A stretch of 64,000 nt of DNA from Opitutia bacterium (GCA_947478395.1 CANJVR010000001.1:736001-800000); one strand, 5' to 3'. Shown: positions 1 to 14,180, counted from the first letter of the stretch. Numbers and translations are program-made. The notes: generated by a model from the sequence alone, not told the origin.

Positions 1-333
1 ACCCGCGCGCCAGCGCAGCACGAGATCATGAAAACAATGATCGGCCTTGGAAACGAACACCGCCACGCGCGGCCGGTGCGTCGAAGAAGCCACGCGCACC
101 GCCATGCCGAGCGACGCGCCGAAGGCTTGAAACGCGGTGGTATCAGCGGAGGCCGATCCATCGGCAGCCGCCCATTCGATCCGTTGGAAAAAAACGCCCG
201 CCTCCATGTCGCGGTGCTGATCCGCATGGAGGATGTTGCCACCCCGTTCAAAAATCCAACCCGCGACGCGCGCGACCAGACCAGGCCGGTCCGGACCGTG
301 GAGCAAAGCCACGAGCGTCGAGGTGGGAATCAT
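1..333 (-). CDS. purU: Formyltetrahydrofolate deformylase, 5' part (runs off window start)
   Basis: Not in the ORF track. Own translation from ATG at 333: MIPTSTLVALLHGPDRPGLVARVAGWIFERGGNILHADQHRD...FFQRIEW...RPRVAVFVSKADHCFHDLVLRW; ACT-domain DRPGLV and VSKxxHC motifs of PurU. Confidence 0.9.
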   Translation of the reverse strand, partial: MIPTSTLVALLHGPDRPGLVARVAGWIFERGGNILHADQHRDMEAGVFFQRIEWAAADGSASADTTAFQAFGASLGMAVRVASSTHRPRVAVFVSKADHCFHDLVLRWRAG

Positions 334-340
334 CACTAAA

Positions 341-392
341 GTAGGTCAGCGCGCCGACAAGCGCCTCATTCGCGCCCGCGAGCGAGCTGGCC
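341..392. repeat. REP-like GTAG-type inverted repeat
   Basis: gtaggtcagcgcgc (341-354) ... gcgagcgagctggcc (378-392); a matching half-site gcgagcgagctgacctac lies at 27842-27859. Confidence 0.5.
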
Positions 393-430
393 GAAAGAGG
401 ACAACGTCGCCCGCGCTTTCATCGCCGCCC

Positions 431-3670
<3,240 letters not shown>

Positions 3671-3958
3671 GAGCGTAGATTTCGGCGAGAGTTGGCAGCA
3701 CGCGAAACGCGGGCAAGCGGGAAAGCGCAGACCTCGAAAATCAGCTCGGGCGGCGGGTCCCGAAACTAGCTCGCGAGTGTACTCTGAGGACGCCTGGTTT
3801 CTCCCATCGTAGGCCGCGCGAGTCTTCGCCTAACTGCCGGCTCAATGGCCCGCGCCTTGGCCGAATTTAACTTTGCGGCCCATTGCCCGCTCGTCAGCGC
3901 TTCACCTCGGCCAGAAGGAGGGAAAAATCGCTCCGTCGGGGGATTCACGGTTCAGCAT

Positions 3959-3990
3959 AAAAAAGGCGCCCCGCGGAAGCGGGGCGCCTT
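3959..3990 (-). terminator. Rho-independent terminator after groEL
   Basis: Perfect 12-bp stem aaggcgccccgc-ggaa-gcggggcgcctt with an adjacent A run (U tract on the minus strand). Confidence 0.85.
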
Positions 3991-4027
3991 GAAGTATTTT
4001 GCGTAACCGAACGATCGCGCAGGGGAC

Positions 4028-5659
4028 TTAGTAGTCCATGCCGCCGCCGCCACCGGGAGGATGGCCGCCGCCGGCTTCCTTCTTCTCGGGGATCTCGGTG
4101 ATCATGCACTCGGTCGTCAGCAACAAGCCGGCGATCGAAGCCGCGTTTTGGAGCGCGGTGCGCGTAACCTTCGTCGGATCGACGACGCCGGCCTTCACGA
4201 GGTCTTCGAACTTCTCGGTGGCGACATTGTAACCAATGTTGCCCTTCGAGGTGAGGACTTCCTTCACGACGACACCACCGTCAACGCCGGCGTTAGCGCA
4301 GAGTTGCTTGAGGGGATGTTCGATCGCACGACGGACGATCTGGGAACCGATCTTCTCGTCGCCTTCGAGGTTGAGGGCGTCGATGGCCTTCGCGGTGCGG
4401 AGCAGCGCAACGCCGCCGCCGGCGACGATACCCTCTTCAACGGCCGCGCGGGTCGCATGGAGAGCGTCTTCGACGCGGGCTTTCTTTTCCTTCATCTCTA
4501 CTTCGGTGGAAGCACCGACGTTGATGACGGCGATGCCGCCGGCCAACTTGGCGAGACGCTCCTGGAGCTTTTCGCGGTCGTAGTCGGAAGTCGTCTCTTC
4601 GATCTGGCGACGGATTTGCTTCACGCGGCCCTGGATGTCGGAGGACTTACCGCCGCCTTCGACAATCGTCGTGTTCTCCTTGTCGACCACAATGCGCTTG
4701 GCGCGACCGAGGTCGGAGAGCTGGATATTCTCAAGCTTGAGGCCGAGATCCTCCGTGATGCACCGGCCGCCGGTGAGGATGGCGATATCTTCAAGGATGG
4801 ACTTGCGGCGGTCGCCGAAGCCGGGGGCCTTGACCGCGCACACGTTGAGCGTGCCACGGATCTTGTTCACGACGAGGGCCGCGAGTGCTTCGCCTTCGAC
4901 TTCCTCGGCAATGACGAGGAGGGGCTTGCTGCTCTTGGCGACGGTCTGGAGCAGCGGGAGCATATCCTGCAGGCTCGAGATCTTCTTCTCGTGAATGAGA
5001 ACGTAGGCGTCCTCGAGGACGGCTTCCTGCGCTTCGGCGTTCGTGGTGAAGTAGGGCGAGAGATAGCCCTTGTCGAACTGCATGCCTTCGACGACGTCGA
5101 GGGTGGTTTCGATGGACTTCGCTTCTTCGACCGTGATGGTGCCGTCCTTGCCGACCTTGTCCATGGCGTCAGCGATGATGTCGCCGATCGTCGCGTCCCA
5201 GTTGGCGGAGACCGTTGCCACTTGGCGGATTTCCTCGCGGTCGGAGACCTTCTTGGAAACGCGAGCGAGCTCCTTGATCGCGGCTTCAACGGCCTTGTCG
5301 ATGCCGCGTTTCAGATAAACGGGATTCGAGCCGGCGGTGACGTTCTTGAGGCCTTCGCGGTAGATGCCCTCGGCGAGCACGGTGGCGGTGGTGGTGCCGT
5401 CGCCGGCGCTGTCGGAGGTCTTGGAAGCGACTTCCTTCACCATTTGAGCACCCATGTTCTCGTAGGGATCCGGGAGCTCGATTTCCTTGGCGACGGTGAC
5501 GCCGTCCTTGGTGACGGTGGGTGAACCGAATTTTTTGTCGATGACGACATTGCGGCCCTTCGGCCCGAGGGTGACCTTAACGGCGCGCGAGAGCAGCTCG
5601 ACACCGCGGAGGACTTTCTGACGAGCAGCCTCGTCGAACAGGAGTTGTTTAGCAGGCAT
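4028..5659 (-). CDS. groL: Chaperonin GroEL
   Basis: 543 aa; [27 protein letters not shown], Gly/Met tail. Confidence 0.99.
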   Translation of the reverse strand: MPAKQLLFDEAARQKVLRGVELLSRAVKVTLGPKGRNVVIDKKFGSPTVTKDGVTVAKEIELPDPYENMGAQMVKEVASKTSDSAGDGTTTATVLAEGIYREGLKNVTAGSNPVYLKRGIDKAVEAAIKELARVSKKVSDREEIRQVATVSANWDATIGDIIADAMDKVGKDGTITVEEAKSIETTLDVVEGMQFDKGYLSPYFTTNAEAQEAVLEDAYVLIHEKKISSLQDMLPLLQTVAKSSKPLLVIAEEVEGEALAALVVNKIRGTLNVCAVKAPGFGDRRKSILEDIAILTGGRCITEDLGLKLENIQLSDLGRAKRIVVDKENTTIVEGGGKSSDIQGRVKQIRRQIEETTSDYDREKLQERLAKLAGGIAVINVGASTEVEMKEKKARVEDALHATRAAVEEGIVAGGGVALLRTAKAIDALNLEGDEKIGSQIVRRAIEHPLKQLCANAGVDGGVVVKEVLTSKGNIGYNVATEKFEDLVKAGVVDPTKVTRTALQNAASIAGLLLTTECMITEIPEKKEAGGGHPPGGGGGMDY

Positions 5660-5703
5660 GTTTTTTAAGAGTTGGTTCTAGAATGTGGGTGAGAAAAAGG
5701 GAA

Positions 5704-6000
5704 TTAGACGAGGACGCCGAGGATGTCGTCTTCGCGCACGAGGGTGTATTTGACCTCGTCGATTTTGACTTCGGTGCCGCCGTATTTGCTGATGAGAACC
5801 TTGTCGCCGACCTTCACTTCGAAGGTGGAGAGCTTGCCGTTCTCGTCTTTCTTGCCGGTGCCGAGGGCGATGACTTCAGCCTCCTGTGGTTTTTCTTTGG
5901 CGCTGTCCGGGATGATGATCCCGCCGCGAACTTGTTCTTTTTCCTCGAGGTGCTTCACGAGAACGCGATCACCGATGGGTTTGATTTTTACTTTGGCCAT
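5704..6000 (-). CDS. groS: Co-chaperonin GroES
   Basis: 98 aa; [30 protein letters not shown]. Confidence 0.99.
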   Translation of the reverse strand: MAKVKIKPIGDRVLVKHLEEKEQVRGGIIIPDSAKEKPQEAEVIALGTGKKDENGKLSTFEVKVGDKVLISKYGGTEVKIDEVKYTLVREDDILGVLV

Positions 6001-6101
6001 ATGGATTGGTTTTTAGGGCTGAAGGTTGGATTTCGTTTTGTGGGTTTCAACCAAGCGCGCCGGGTGGAGAAGCTCTTTCGCGGCGCGCCAAGCATTGAAA
6101 A

Positions 6102-8051
6102 TTACTTTTTCTTTTCGTCGTCGACGACTTCAAAGTCCGCGTCGACCACATCGGCTTTCTTCTCGGCTTTGGCGCCGGCCGAAGGCCCGCCGTCCGTCGC
6201 GGAAGATTCCGCCCCCGCGCCAGGCGCGGCGCCCGCGGCTTGGGTTGCGGCCTGGACGTCGGCGTATAGCTCGGCGCCCACCTTGGAGAGCTTCTCGAGC
6301 GCGGACTTCATGCGATCGCCATCGTTGCTCTCGAGATCTTTTTTCGCCTCGACGAGCGCGGCCTCGATCTTCGATTTTTTATCGGCCGGCAATTTGTCGC
6401 CAGAATCCTTGAGCGTCTTTTCGAGCTGGTAGATCGTGGAGTCGAGTTGGTTCTTCGAATCGACCGCGTCGCGGCGCTTTTTGTCCTCGGCGGCGTTAAG
6501 CTCGGCTTCCTTGGTCATCTTTTCGACCTCTTCCTTGGAGAGACCGGACGAGCCCTGGATGGTGATCTTCTGGTCCTTGCCCGTGCCAAGATCCTTGGCC
6601 GACACATGCAGGATACCATTGGCGTCGATATCAAACGTCACCTCGATCTGCGGCGTGCCGCGAGGAGCGGGCGGAATGCCATCGAGCTTGAATGTACCGA
6701 GCGTTTTATTGTCCCGCGCCATGGGGCGCTCGCCTTGCAGAACGACAATTTCCACGCCGGGCTGGTTGTCGCTATAGGTGGAAAATGTCTGCGTCTTTTT
6801 CGACGGGATCGTCGTGTTGCGCGGAATCATCGCGGTCGAAACATCGCCCGCAGTCATGATGCCGAGGGTCAGCGGGGTGACATCGAGCAGCAGCACATCC
6901 CGAACCTCGCCTTTCAGGACGCCACCTTGAATGGCGGCACCGACCGCGACAACTTCGTCGGGATTCACGCCCTGATGCGGCGGTTTGCCGCCGAGCGTCT
7001 TGGCGATTTCAACGACCTTTGGCATGCGCGTCATGCCACCGACCAGAACGATCTCGTCGATTTTTTCGGAGGTCAGGTCTGCATCCTTAAGGCAGTTCTT
7101 GAACGGCTGAATGCAGCGCTCGAACAACGAATCGCAAATCTGCTCCATCTTTGCGCGCGTGAGCTGTACATTGAGATGCTTCGGGCCCGATGCGTCGGCC
7201 GTGATGAAAGGAAGATTGATATCGACCGCCTGCGTAGAAGAGAGGGCGATCTTCGCCTTTTCGGCTTCTTCCTTGAGGCGTTGCAGAGCCATGGGATCTT
7301 TCCGCAGATCGATGCCGTTTTCTTTTTTAAAGGTATCGACCAGCCAGCCGATCAGCGCCTCATCCCAATTATCGCCGCCGAGATGGGTGTCGCCATTGGT
7401 CGCCTTAACTTCAAAAACGCCGTCGCCGATTTCGAGCACGGACACGTCGAACGTGCCACCACCCAAATCGAACACGGAAATCTTTTCGTCCTTTTTCTTA
7501 TCTAGGCCGTAGGCCAGAGACGCCGCCGTCGGCTCATTGATGATGCGCAAGACTTCAAGACCCGCGATCTTGCCCGCGTCCTTGGTCGCCTGGCGCTGTG
7601 AATCGTTAAAGTAAGCCGGGACCGTGATGACGGCCTGAGTGATTTTCTCGCCGATGTAGGCTTCGGCATCCGCTTTCAGCTTACCCAATACGAAGGCCGC
7701 GATCTGCTGCGGAGCGAACTGCTCAATTTTGTCCCCCGACTGGACTTCAATGTAAGCGTCGCCGTTTTTGCCGGCGACGACCTTGTAAGGCATGTTCTTC
7801 GCCTCTTCCGTCACCTCGGACATCTTGCGTCCGATAAAACGCTTGGCGGAAAATACCGTGTTGCGAGGGTTGGTGATGGCCTGCCGCTTGGCGGCCTGAC
7901 CGACCAAACGCTCACCAGACTTGGTAAAAGCCACGACGGATGGGGTCGTGCGCGCGCCTTCAGCATTCGCAATCACGACAGGCTCGCCGCCTTCCATGAT
8001 GGCCATACAGGAATTGGTAGTGCCTAGATCGATTCCAAGAATTCTGCTCAT
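6102..8051 (-). CDS. dnaK: Chaperone DnaK (Hsp70)
   Basis: 649 aa; [33 protein letters not shown] tail. Confidence 0.99.
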   Translation of the reverse strand: MSRILGIDLGTTNSCMAIMEGGEPVVIANAEGARTTPSVVAFTKSGERLVGQAAKRQAITNPRNTVFSAKRFIGRKMSEVTEEAKNMPYKVVAGKNGDAYIEVQSGDKIEQFAPQQIAAFVLGKLKADAEAYIGEKITQAVITVPAYFNDSQRQATKDAGKIAGLEVLRIINEPTAASLAYGLDKKKDEKISVFDLGGGTFDVSVLEIGDGVFEVKATNGDTHLGGDNWDEALIGWLVDTFKKENGIDLRKDPMALQRLKEEAEKAKIALSSTQAVDINLPFITADASGPKHLNVQLTRAKMEQICDSLFERCIQPFKNCLKDADLTSEKIDEIVLVGGMTRMPKVVEIAKTLGGKPPHQGVNPDEVVAVGAAIQGGVLKGEVRDVLLLDVTPLTLGIMTAGDVSTAMIPRNTTIPSKKTQTFSTYSDNQPGVEIVVLQGERPMARDNKTLGTFKLDGIPPAPRGTPQIEVTFDIDANGILHVSAKDLGTGKDQKITIQGSSGLSKEEVEKMTKEAELNAAEDKKRRDAVDSKNQLDSTIYQLEKTLKDSGDKLPADKKSKIEAALVEAKKDLESNDGDRMKSALEKLSKVGAELYADVQAATQAAGAAPGAGAESSATDGGPSAGAKAEKKADVVDADFEVVDDEKKK

Positions 8052-8063
8052 TTGGGCCAGTTC

Positions 8064-8079
8064 AGCAACGCACGTGCCT
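8064..8079 (-). promoter_or_regulatory. Putative sigma-54 (-24/-12) promoter of dnaK-groES-groEL
   Basis: Minus strand AGGCACGTGCGTTGCT matches TGGCACG-N4-TTGCW with exact GG-N10-GC spacing. Confidence 0.7.
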
Positions 8080-8261
8080 CGATGCTCCAGTAAGATGCTA
8101 AGACCTTGTTTCCAATCATTTAAAATTAGATCACGCGGTTTACCGAGGAACTTTGCGGCGCAAAATTAAGCCATGCTGTCACACTTCATTCGATCGCCTT
8201 CGAATACTGTCACAATCCGCGGCACACTTGTATTCTAAGTGTGTGCGCCTACCGTGGCCCG

Positions 8262-8945
8262 ATGGAAATGGAAATTACTGTGCCTGATGAGGTCCCGGTC
8301 ATGACCTTGCCCAACGTCGCTTTTTTCCCCCAAGCCCTCCTACCGCTTCACATTTTTGAGCCGCGATATCGCCAAATGCTGCGCGATGTCCTCGCCACCA
8401 ATCGCATCTTTGCCGTTGCCGGCTTGGATCAGAATCAACTTAGCCACGATCCTGAACTCGAACCGGTCCACCGCATCGCGGGCATCGGCATGGTGCGTGC
8501 CTGCCAGGAAAATCAGGACGGAACCTCGAATCTGCTGCTTCAAGGGCTTTGTCGCGTCGAAATCGCGGGCATCGTGACTGATACGCCCTACCGTCGCATT
8601 AAAATCCGCGCCCTTAGCAGCGCTCCCGGCGCTCCGAGCACCGAGAACGAGCGTCTCCGGGCGGAGCTTGTTCGCCTGATAAGTCTTAAGTTGCGGCTCG
8701 AGGCCAGCGGCGCGCGCGAATTGACCTCGTTTCTTAAAACCGTGTCCGACCCCGAAGCCTTTGTGGACATTGCCGCCTTCAATCTCTGCGAGAATCCAGT
8801 ACTTAAACAGAAGCTACTCGCCACCCTCGACGTTCACCGCCGGCTGGAACTTTTCAGCGCCGAAATTCGCGCCGACATCGCCACGATAAAGCTACGCCGC
8901 AAACTGCAAGGCGGGCTGAGCGACGATCACATCGTCGACAATTGA
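8262..8945 (+). CDS. LON peptidase substrate-binding (N-terminal) domain protein
   Basis: FFPQALLPLHIFEPRYRQM motif; no ATPase or protease domain; start placed at MEMEITVP. Confidence 0.85.
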   Translation: MEMEITVPDEVPVMTLPNVAFFPQALLPLHIFEPRYRQMLRDVLATNRIFAVAGLDQNQLSHDPELEPVHRIAGIGMVRACQENQDGTSNLLLQGLCRVEIAGIVTDTPYRRIKIRALSSAPGAPSTENERLRAELVRLISLKLRLEASGARELTSFLKTVSDPEAFVDIAAFNLCENPVLKQKLLATLDVHRRLELFSAEIRADIATIKLRRKLQGGLSDDHIVDN

Positions 8946-8993
8946 GCCTAAAACGTCCCTCGGGGAATCGAACCACCGCGCTTGCCGGGAAAA

Positions 8994-9069
8994 TGGAGCC
9001 ACTTGTCGGATTTGAACCGACGACCTACTCATTACGAATGAGTCGCTCTACCAACTGAGCTAAAGCGGC
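8994..9069 (-). tRNA. tRNA-Thr(CGT)
   Basis: Reverse complement GCCGCTTTAGCTCAGTTGGTAGAGCGACTCATT-CGT-AATGAGTAGGTCGTCGGTTCAAATCCGACAAGTGGCTCCA; 76 nt cloverleaf with encoded CCA. Confidence 0.96.
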
Positions 9070-9137
9070 ACGGAAGAAGCACGGAAGAAACTCGCCACCT
9101 TCGCCGCCGCAAGCCTCAAATCGCCCTCCGCCTCCTC

Positions 9138-10235
9138 GTGCCGCCGCTCGCCACCGATCTGTTCGACTACTCGCTTCCGCCGCAACTCATTGCTCAAGCT
9201 CCTGCTCCGCATCGGGATCACTCACGCCTGCTCGTCATCGACCGCGCCAAGCGGACCCTTTCCCATCACACCTTCTCAGACCTACCGCATTTCCTCCGGT
9301 CGGGTGATACGCTGATTCGCAACAACGCGTCCGTCCTGCCCGCCCGGCTCCACGCGCAACGACCCACCGGCGGCCAAATCGAGTGCTTCTTGCTCCACGC
9401 CGAAGGCGGAGATCAGGTCTGGCGCTGTCTGGTCAAACCAGGGAAAAAGCTCGCGGTCGGAGCCACATTTACCGGCCCCGGAGGGGAATTCTCGGGCGAA
9501 ATCATCGCCCGCCATCCCGATGGATCAGCCACCGTGCGTTTTTCCACGCGTACCGGCGCCGCCATCGCCGCCGTGGCGAATCGACTCGGCGATATTCCCC
9601 TGCCGCCATACATCACGCGCGCGCCGAGCACGCCCAGCGTCAATTCCGCCCAGCATGCCCTCGACGCCGAGCGCTACCAAACGATCTACGCCGATCACGC
9701 CCGCCAAGTCGCCGTGGCGGCCCCCACCGCAGGGCTTCACTTTACAGCCGAATTGCTGGCTCAACTCTCGAACCAAGGCGTGGCCTTCGCCGATCTCACG
9801 CTGCACGTCGGACTCGGTACATTCAAGCCCCTCACCACGCCAACCGTCGAAGAACACGTCATCCACCGTGAGCGCTACGAAATCCCGGTCGCGAGCCAGC
9901 AAATCCTTTTCCCGCCCCGGACAGGACGCCGCATCGCCGTCGGCACCACTTCGGTCCGCACCGTGGAGGATTTTTTAGGCAACCATGATGGACCGCTGCC
10001 GACCACCTATTGCACCGAGACCGGTATTTTCATTTTTCCTCCTCACGAATTCCGCGGAATCGATGCCTTGATCACGAATTTTCACCAGCCTCGCTCGAGT
10101 TTGATGTGCCTGGTGGCAGCTTTTCTAAGCCCTGGAACCACCGAGGGCATCGACTGGATTCGGGCGATCTATGCCGAGGCCATTGCCCGGGAATACCGTT
10201 TTTTCAGCTACGGGGACGCGATGCTCATTTTTTAA
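9138..10235 (+). CDS. queA: S-adenosylmethionine:tRNA ribosyltransferase-isomerase
   Basis: FDYSLPPQLIAQ, PLPPYI, AAPTAGLHF, TLHVGLGTF, TNFHQPRS, YRFFSYGDAM. Confidence 0.97.
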   Translation: MPPLATDLFDYSLPPQLIAQAPAPHRDHSRLLVIDRAKRTLSHHTFSDLPHFLRSGDTLIRNNASVLPARLHAQRPTGGQIECFLLHAEGGDQVWRCLVKPGKKLAVGATFTGPGGEFSGEIIARHPDGSATVRFSTRTGAAIAAVANRLGDIPLPPYITRAPSTPSVNSAQHALDAERYQTIYADHARQVAVAAPTAGLHFTAELLAQLSNQGVAFADLTLHVGLGTFKPLTTPTVEEHVIHRERYEIPVASQQILFPPRTGRRIAVGTTSVRTVEDFLGNHDGPLPTTYCTETGIFIFPPHEFRGIDALITNFHQPRSSLMCLVAAFLSPGTTEGIDWIRAIYAEAIAREYRFFSYGDAMLIF

Positions 10236-10301
10236 GACCGACCGCCCTCTCGGATGAATTCAAAAGCCGGCAACAACCATAAAGCGCCCCGCCTTCACCG
10301 C

Positions 10302-10670
10302 ATGACCCCAGACGCACTCCAAACCTTGATCGAGGACGCCACCGCCGACTACTCGCTTGGTGAAACTCAGCTCGCGCTAGAAAAACTCGGCCGTGCCACC
10401 GCGGCGGCGCCGGATTCGTTCGAGGCCTGGCACGCGCTCGCCGAAATTAATTTCTCCCTGCGCCGCCTGGATTCGGCCCTCGCCGCCGCGGAACAGGCCC
10501 ACGCCCAACAGCCGACCGATCTCTTCATCAACACCACGTTATCCCGCATCTGGATGGAACGCGGCGACAAGGCGAAAGCCGAGCATTTCGGCGCACAGGC
10601 CAAAATTCAGAGCTGGAAAGAGCAGCTTAAGCATCCGAGTTCACCGCCCTCGCCAGGATCCATCGGCTGA
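10302..10670 (+). CDS. Small tetratricopeptide-repeat protein
   Basis: Helical repeats such as EAWHALAEINFSLRRLDSALAAAEQAH; start placed at MTPDALQ. Confidence 0.7.
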   Translation: MTPDALQTLIEDATADYSLGETQLALEKLGRATAAAPDSFEAWHALAEINFSLRRLDSALAAAEQAHAQQPTDLFINTTLSRIWMERGDKAKAEHFGAQAKIQSWKEQLKHPSSPPSPGSIG

Positions 10671-11018
10671 CTGCAAGACACGGCCGTCGCCTCGGCTTCA
10701 CCAGCGCCGCAATCGTAGCTGCACGACGCCCCCGAGGGCTTCGCGAAAGATCTTCAGGCTCATTTTCGCCCCCACCCCCTGGCCCGATCCAAAAAGTCGA
10801 TTGGGACTTCGACAATCCGGGAATCGTGGCGATGCGCGCGTACTTCATCTCGCTCTGGAACGAGGACGCCAGCCATGAATCGCGATCCGCCGGTCGAAAT
10901 TCGACCCAGTCCATTGAGCACAGGCAGGGACAACCTCCGCACTTGCCAAGCAGCATTACCCCTTAACAAATTTCACTTTCTTGAGCATCGAAACCGCCCG
11001 CCCTGTGCCTCTCCCTCA

Positions 11019-12269
11019 ATGATTACAGGCCGAATGATCTTCTTCGCTACGATAGCACTCGGGCTCGCCGGTATTGGTTGGCTACTAAGTCGTGATGGTT
11101 GGGGGCCAACTTGGTCGCACTGGCGAATGGCGAGTCGCGCACCTTTTTTCTCCGACCTGCGTGTAGTTACGGGTGCGATGGATAGTATGGAACAAGGGCT
11201 CGATCCCAGGGTAAACAATCCCGGTGATCCCGGTGGACCTTGGCACCAGCGTTTCAACTACCCCAGCCTCTGGCTTTATATAATGAGGGCGCTCGGCTTG
11301 CACGAAAGGGACAGTGCGAGGGTCGGCCTAGTTCTGATCACGGGTTTCTTGTTCGGGCTGTGGTGGATCACCGCAGACATCCCGGTGCGAACGTCTTGGT
11401 ACTACACACTCATCTTTTTTTCGCCCGCTACGATGTTCATCATTGAGCGCTGCAATCACGATCTCGTGATCTTTTTTCTGCTTGGGCTCGCCCTCCTCGC
11501 GCAGCGCTCGGCCGTTGTTGGCATGGCGATCGTCTTTCTGGCGTTTATGCTAAAATTATTTCCCCTCGCCGGCCTACTGCTCTTGCTTCGAGAAACGCGT
11601 ACGCGCGCCCTGCGGCTCACGGGGCTCATGCTACTCGGGGCCGCCATATATATCCTAGCAACTTTCGATGACTTGCTCGTGATATCGCGCACGACTGAGA
11701 GGGGCGCCGACACTGCCTACGGGTACAACGTACTGTGGCACTACTTGCGACTGCAACGCTCCCCTTGGGAAACCCCCGTCCGGGCGATCGCGTACCTGCT
11801 CGTCACTTTGAGCCTCGGCGCAGCTTGGTGGTTTCACCGCAACCCCGTTGTCGCGAGATCTGATGATCGACCCACTCGCCAAATGGACGGATATCGTCTC
11901 GGCGCCGGGGTGTACGCCGGAACATTCCTTCTAGGCAACAGCTGGGACTACCGGCTGGTTTTCTTTTTTTTCGCGGTACCCCAGCTATTCATATGGTTGC
12001 GCAAAAACCACGCGCGATGTTGGATCGCCCTCGTTCAACTCATCGCCTTTGCCGTGGCTTCGTGGGCCATGTTGCTAACATTCTGGATCAGCCACAGCGA
12101 AACCACGTTTATCGTGGCGCGCGGTTTGGAAGAACTGGGTAAATGGACGCTGTTCGCGAGTTCACTCTGGCTGCTGGCCGAAACACTCCCCCATTGGGCC
12201 CGCGACCTCCTAGGCTTTCGTTTTCGCACCCAAACGGGCTCGGCCGCCGCACCGCTCGCCCCCCGTTGA
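11019..12269 (+). CDS. Polytopic membrane protein, GT-C / GT87 (DUF2029)-like glycosyltransferase
   Basis: About 10 hydrophobic segments; FxD, FNYP, ERxNxD, LKLFP and WDYR motifs resemble GT-C fold enzymes; many A/T-ending codons compared with neighbours. Confidence 0.55.
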   Translation: MITGRMIFFATIALGLAGIGWLLSRDGWGPTWSHWRMASRAPFFSDLRVVTGAMDSMEQGLDPRVNNPGDPGGPWHQRFNYPSLWLYIMRALGLHERDSARVGLVLITGFLFGLWWITADIPVRTSWYYTLIFFSPATMFIIERCNHDLVIFFLLGLALLAQRSAVVGMAIVFLAFMLKLFPLAGLLLLLRETRTRALRLTGLMLLGAAIYILATFDDLLVISRTTERGADTAYGYNVLWHYLRLQRSPWETPVRAIAYLLVTLSLGAAWWFHRNPVVARSDDRPTRQMDGYRLGAGVYAGTFLLGNSWDYRLVFFFFAVPQLFIWLRKNHARCWIALVQLIAFAVASWAMLLTFWISHSETTFIVARGLEELGKWTLFASSLWLLAETLPHWARDLLGFRFRTQTGSAAAPLAPR

Positions 12270-12304
12270 CACGCTTTCCGCGGGGCCGGTAGTCTCGCTC
12301 CTTT

Positions 12305-13285
12305 ATGGAAACCCCGACGTACGTCCTGGAATTCGAAAAGCCGCTGCGGGAACTCACCAAGCAGCTCGACGAGTTGCGCCAGCAATCGATCGAGACCCAC
12401 GTCGATCTCGCCCACGAAATCCATGGCATCGAAAAGAAAATCGATGCGATGCAGCGCGAAATTTATTCCGCCCTCACCCCGTGGCAAAAGGTTCAGGTGG
12501 CGCGTCATCCGAAGCGGCCCTACGCCCTCGATTACGTGGGCTTTCTTTGCGAGGATTTCCAAGAGCTCCACGGCGACCGCCAGTTCAACGACGACCGCGC
12601 GCTCATCGGTGGCACCGCGTTTTTTCAAGGCGAAGCAGTGATGATCGTGGCGCAACAAAAAGGCCGCGACACCAAGGAAAAAATCGCGCGCAACTTCGGC
12701 ATGCCTCAGCCCGAGGGCTATCGAAAGGCGCTTCGTCTCATGAAAATGGCGGAGAAATTCGGCCTGCCCGTCCTGACTTTTATCGACACGCCCGGCGCGT
12801 TTCCCGGCGTTGAATCCGAGGCCCGCCACGTTTCCGAGGCCATCGCCGTGAATCTCCGCGAAATGGCCATGCTGCGCACGCCAACGATCTCCGTCATCGT
12901 CGGCGAAGGCGGCTCCGGCGGCGCGCTCGGCATCGGCGTCACCGATCGCGTCCTCATTTTCGAAAACAGTTATTACTCGGTGATTTCTCCCGAAGGGTGC
13001 GCGGCTATTCTCTGGAAAGATGCCGCCGCCGCGCCCAAAGCCGCGGCCGCCCTGAAACTCAGCGCCGATCACTTGGAGAAAATGGGCGTGGTCGACGAGG
13101 TCATCGCCGAGCCTCTCGGCGGCGCGCACAACGACCCGGCCCAAGCCGCCAGCGCCCTCAAATACGCTCTCCAAAAACATCTCAACGATCTCCGCGGACT
13201 CGGAGCCGAAAAGCTCCTCGACACCCGCTACGAGCGCTATCGTCACCTTGGGGTTTACGAAGAGGCCGGCGCGCTGCGCAGCTGA
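12305..13285 (+). CDS. accA: Acetyl-CoA carboxylase carboxyltransferase alpha subunit
   Basis: LEFEKPL, ARHPKRP, PEGYRKA, IDTPGA, GEGGSGGA, ISPEGCAAIL. Confidence 0.98.
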   Translation: METPTYVLEFEKPLRELTKQLDELRQQSIETHVDLAHEIHGIEKKIDAMQREIYSALTPWQKVQVARHPKRPYALDYVGFLCEDFQELHGDRQFNDDRALIGGTAFFQGEAVMIVAQQKGRDTKEKIARNFGMPQPEGYRKALRLMKMAEKFGLPVLTFIDTPGAFPGVESEARHVSEAIAVNLREMAMLRTPTISVIVGEGGSGGALGIGVTDRVLIFENSYYSVISPEGCAAILWKDAAAAPKAAAALKLSADHLEKMGVVDEVIAEPLGGAHNDPAQAASALKYALQKHLNDLRGLGAEKLLDTRYERYRHLGVYEEAGALRS

Positions 13286-13397
13286 GACCTCTTCGAGATT
13301 CCAGAACGGAAGGCGGGGTCCCTCATGCCGCGCCGGCGCAACTAGATCGGCGGTAGCGCTGCGGGGTCGGGTTCGCCCGCCCACAGCCAGCCACTGC

Positions 13398-14180
13398 TCA
13401 CTTCCGCACCGTCAGCAATTCGATCTTCTCGGCGCGCGCCATCGATGGGCTGATGTCGACCACCGCGCCCGACAATCGCACGTCGCCTTCCGCGACTTCA
13501 AATCGCTTCGGCATGCCATCAATAAATCGCGACACCACCGGCGCAACTTCGCGGCCCAATACCCCCGCGTAGGGCCCCGTCATGCCGACGTCGCACATAA
13601 ACGCCGTGCCCTTCGGCAGGACGCACGCGTCCGCCGTTGGCACGTGGGTGTGCGTGCCCAAAACCGCTGTCACCCGACCATCGAGATACCAACCCAGCGC
13701 GATTTTCTCACTCGTGGCCTCGGCGTGGATCTCGACGACGATCGCATCGGCCTGCCCCTTGAGTTGCTCAATCATTCGGTCCGCGCACAAAAACGGGCAG
13801 TCAGCCTTCAAGTTCATGTAGGTGCGTCCCAGCACCGTGAACATCGCCAAGCGAAATCCACGCTTTTCGACGATGACATGATCCCAGCCCGGATTCGATT
13901 TCGGTAAATTTGCCGGGCGGCACACGCGGTCCAAGCCCACGATTTCCGTCTCCCAGCCCCGCTGGTCCCACACGTGATCGCCGAGGGTGATCGCGTCCAC
14001 GCCGCAATCGAGAATCGACTTCGCCAGCTTCTCCGTGATCCCCGCGCCCGCCGCCACGTTCTCGGCGTTGGCGATCACGAAATCGAGCGCCAGCTCCGTG
14101 CGCAGTCGCGGCAGTTTTTCCGCAACGATGTCGCGCCCCGGCCGGCCAACGATATCGCCGATGAAAAGCAGTTTCAGCAT
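13398..14180 (-). CDS. YmdB / TIGR00282 family metallophosphoesterase
   Basis: FIGDIVGRPG, NAEN, TLGDH, HAEATSEK, GTHTHVPTAD, DVGMTG. Confidence 0.92.
   Translation of the reverse strand: MLKLLFIGDIVGRPGRDIVAEKLPRLRTELALDFVIANAENVAAGAGITEKLAKSILDCGVDAITLGDHVWDQRGWETEIVGLDRVCRPANLPKSNPGWDHVIVEKRGFRLAMFTVLGRTYMNLKADCPFLCADRMIEQLKGQADAIVVEIHAEATSEKIALGWYLDGRVTAVLGTHTHVPTADACVLPKGTAFMCDVGMTGPYAGVLGREVAPVVSRFIDGMPKRFEVAEGDVRLSGAVVDISPSMARAEKIELLTVRK

Noticed and set aside
8222..8246. Possible CIRCE element
   Set aside because: The spacer is 7 nt rather than 9 and the arms do not match TTAGCACTC.
8955..8980. GGTTCGATTCCCCG T-loop-like motif just 3' of tRNA-Thr (possible att remnant)
   Set aside because: It does not match the tRNA-Thr 3' end, the stem pairs poorly and no integrase is nearby.
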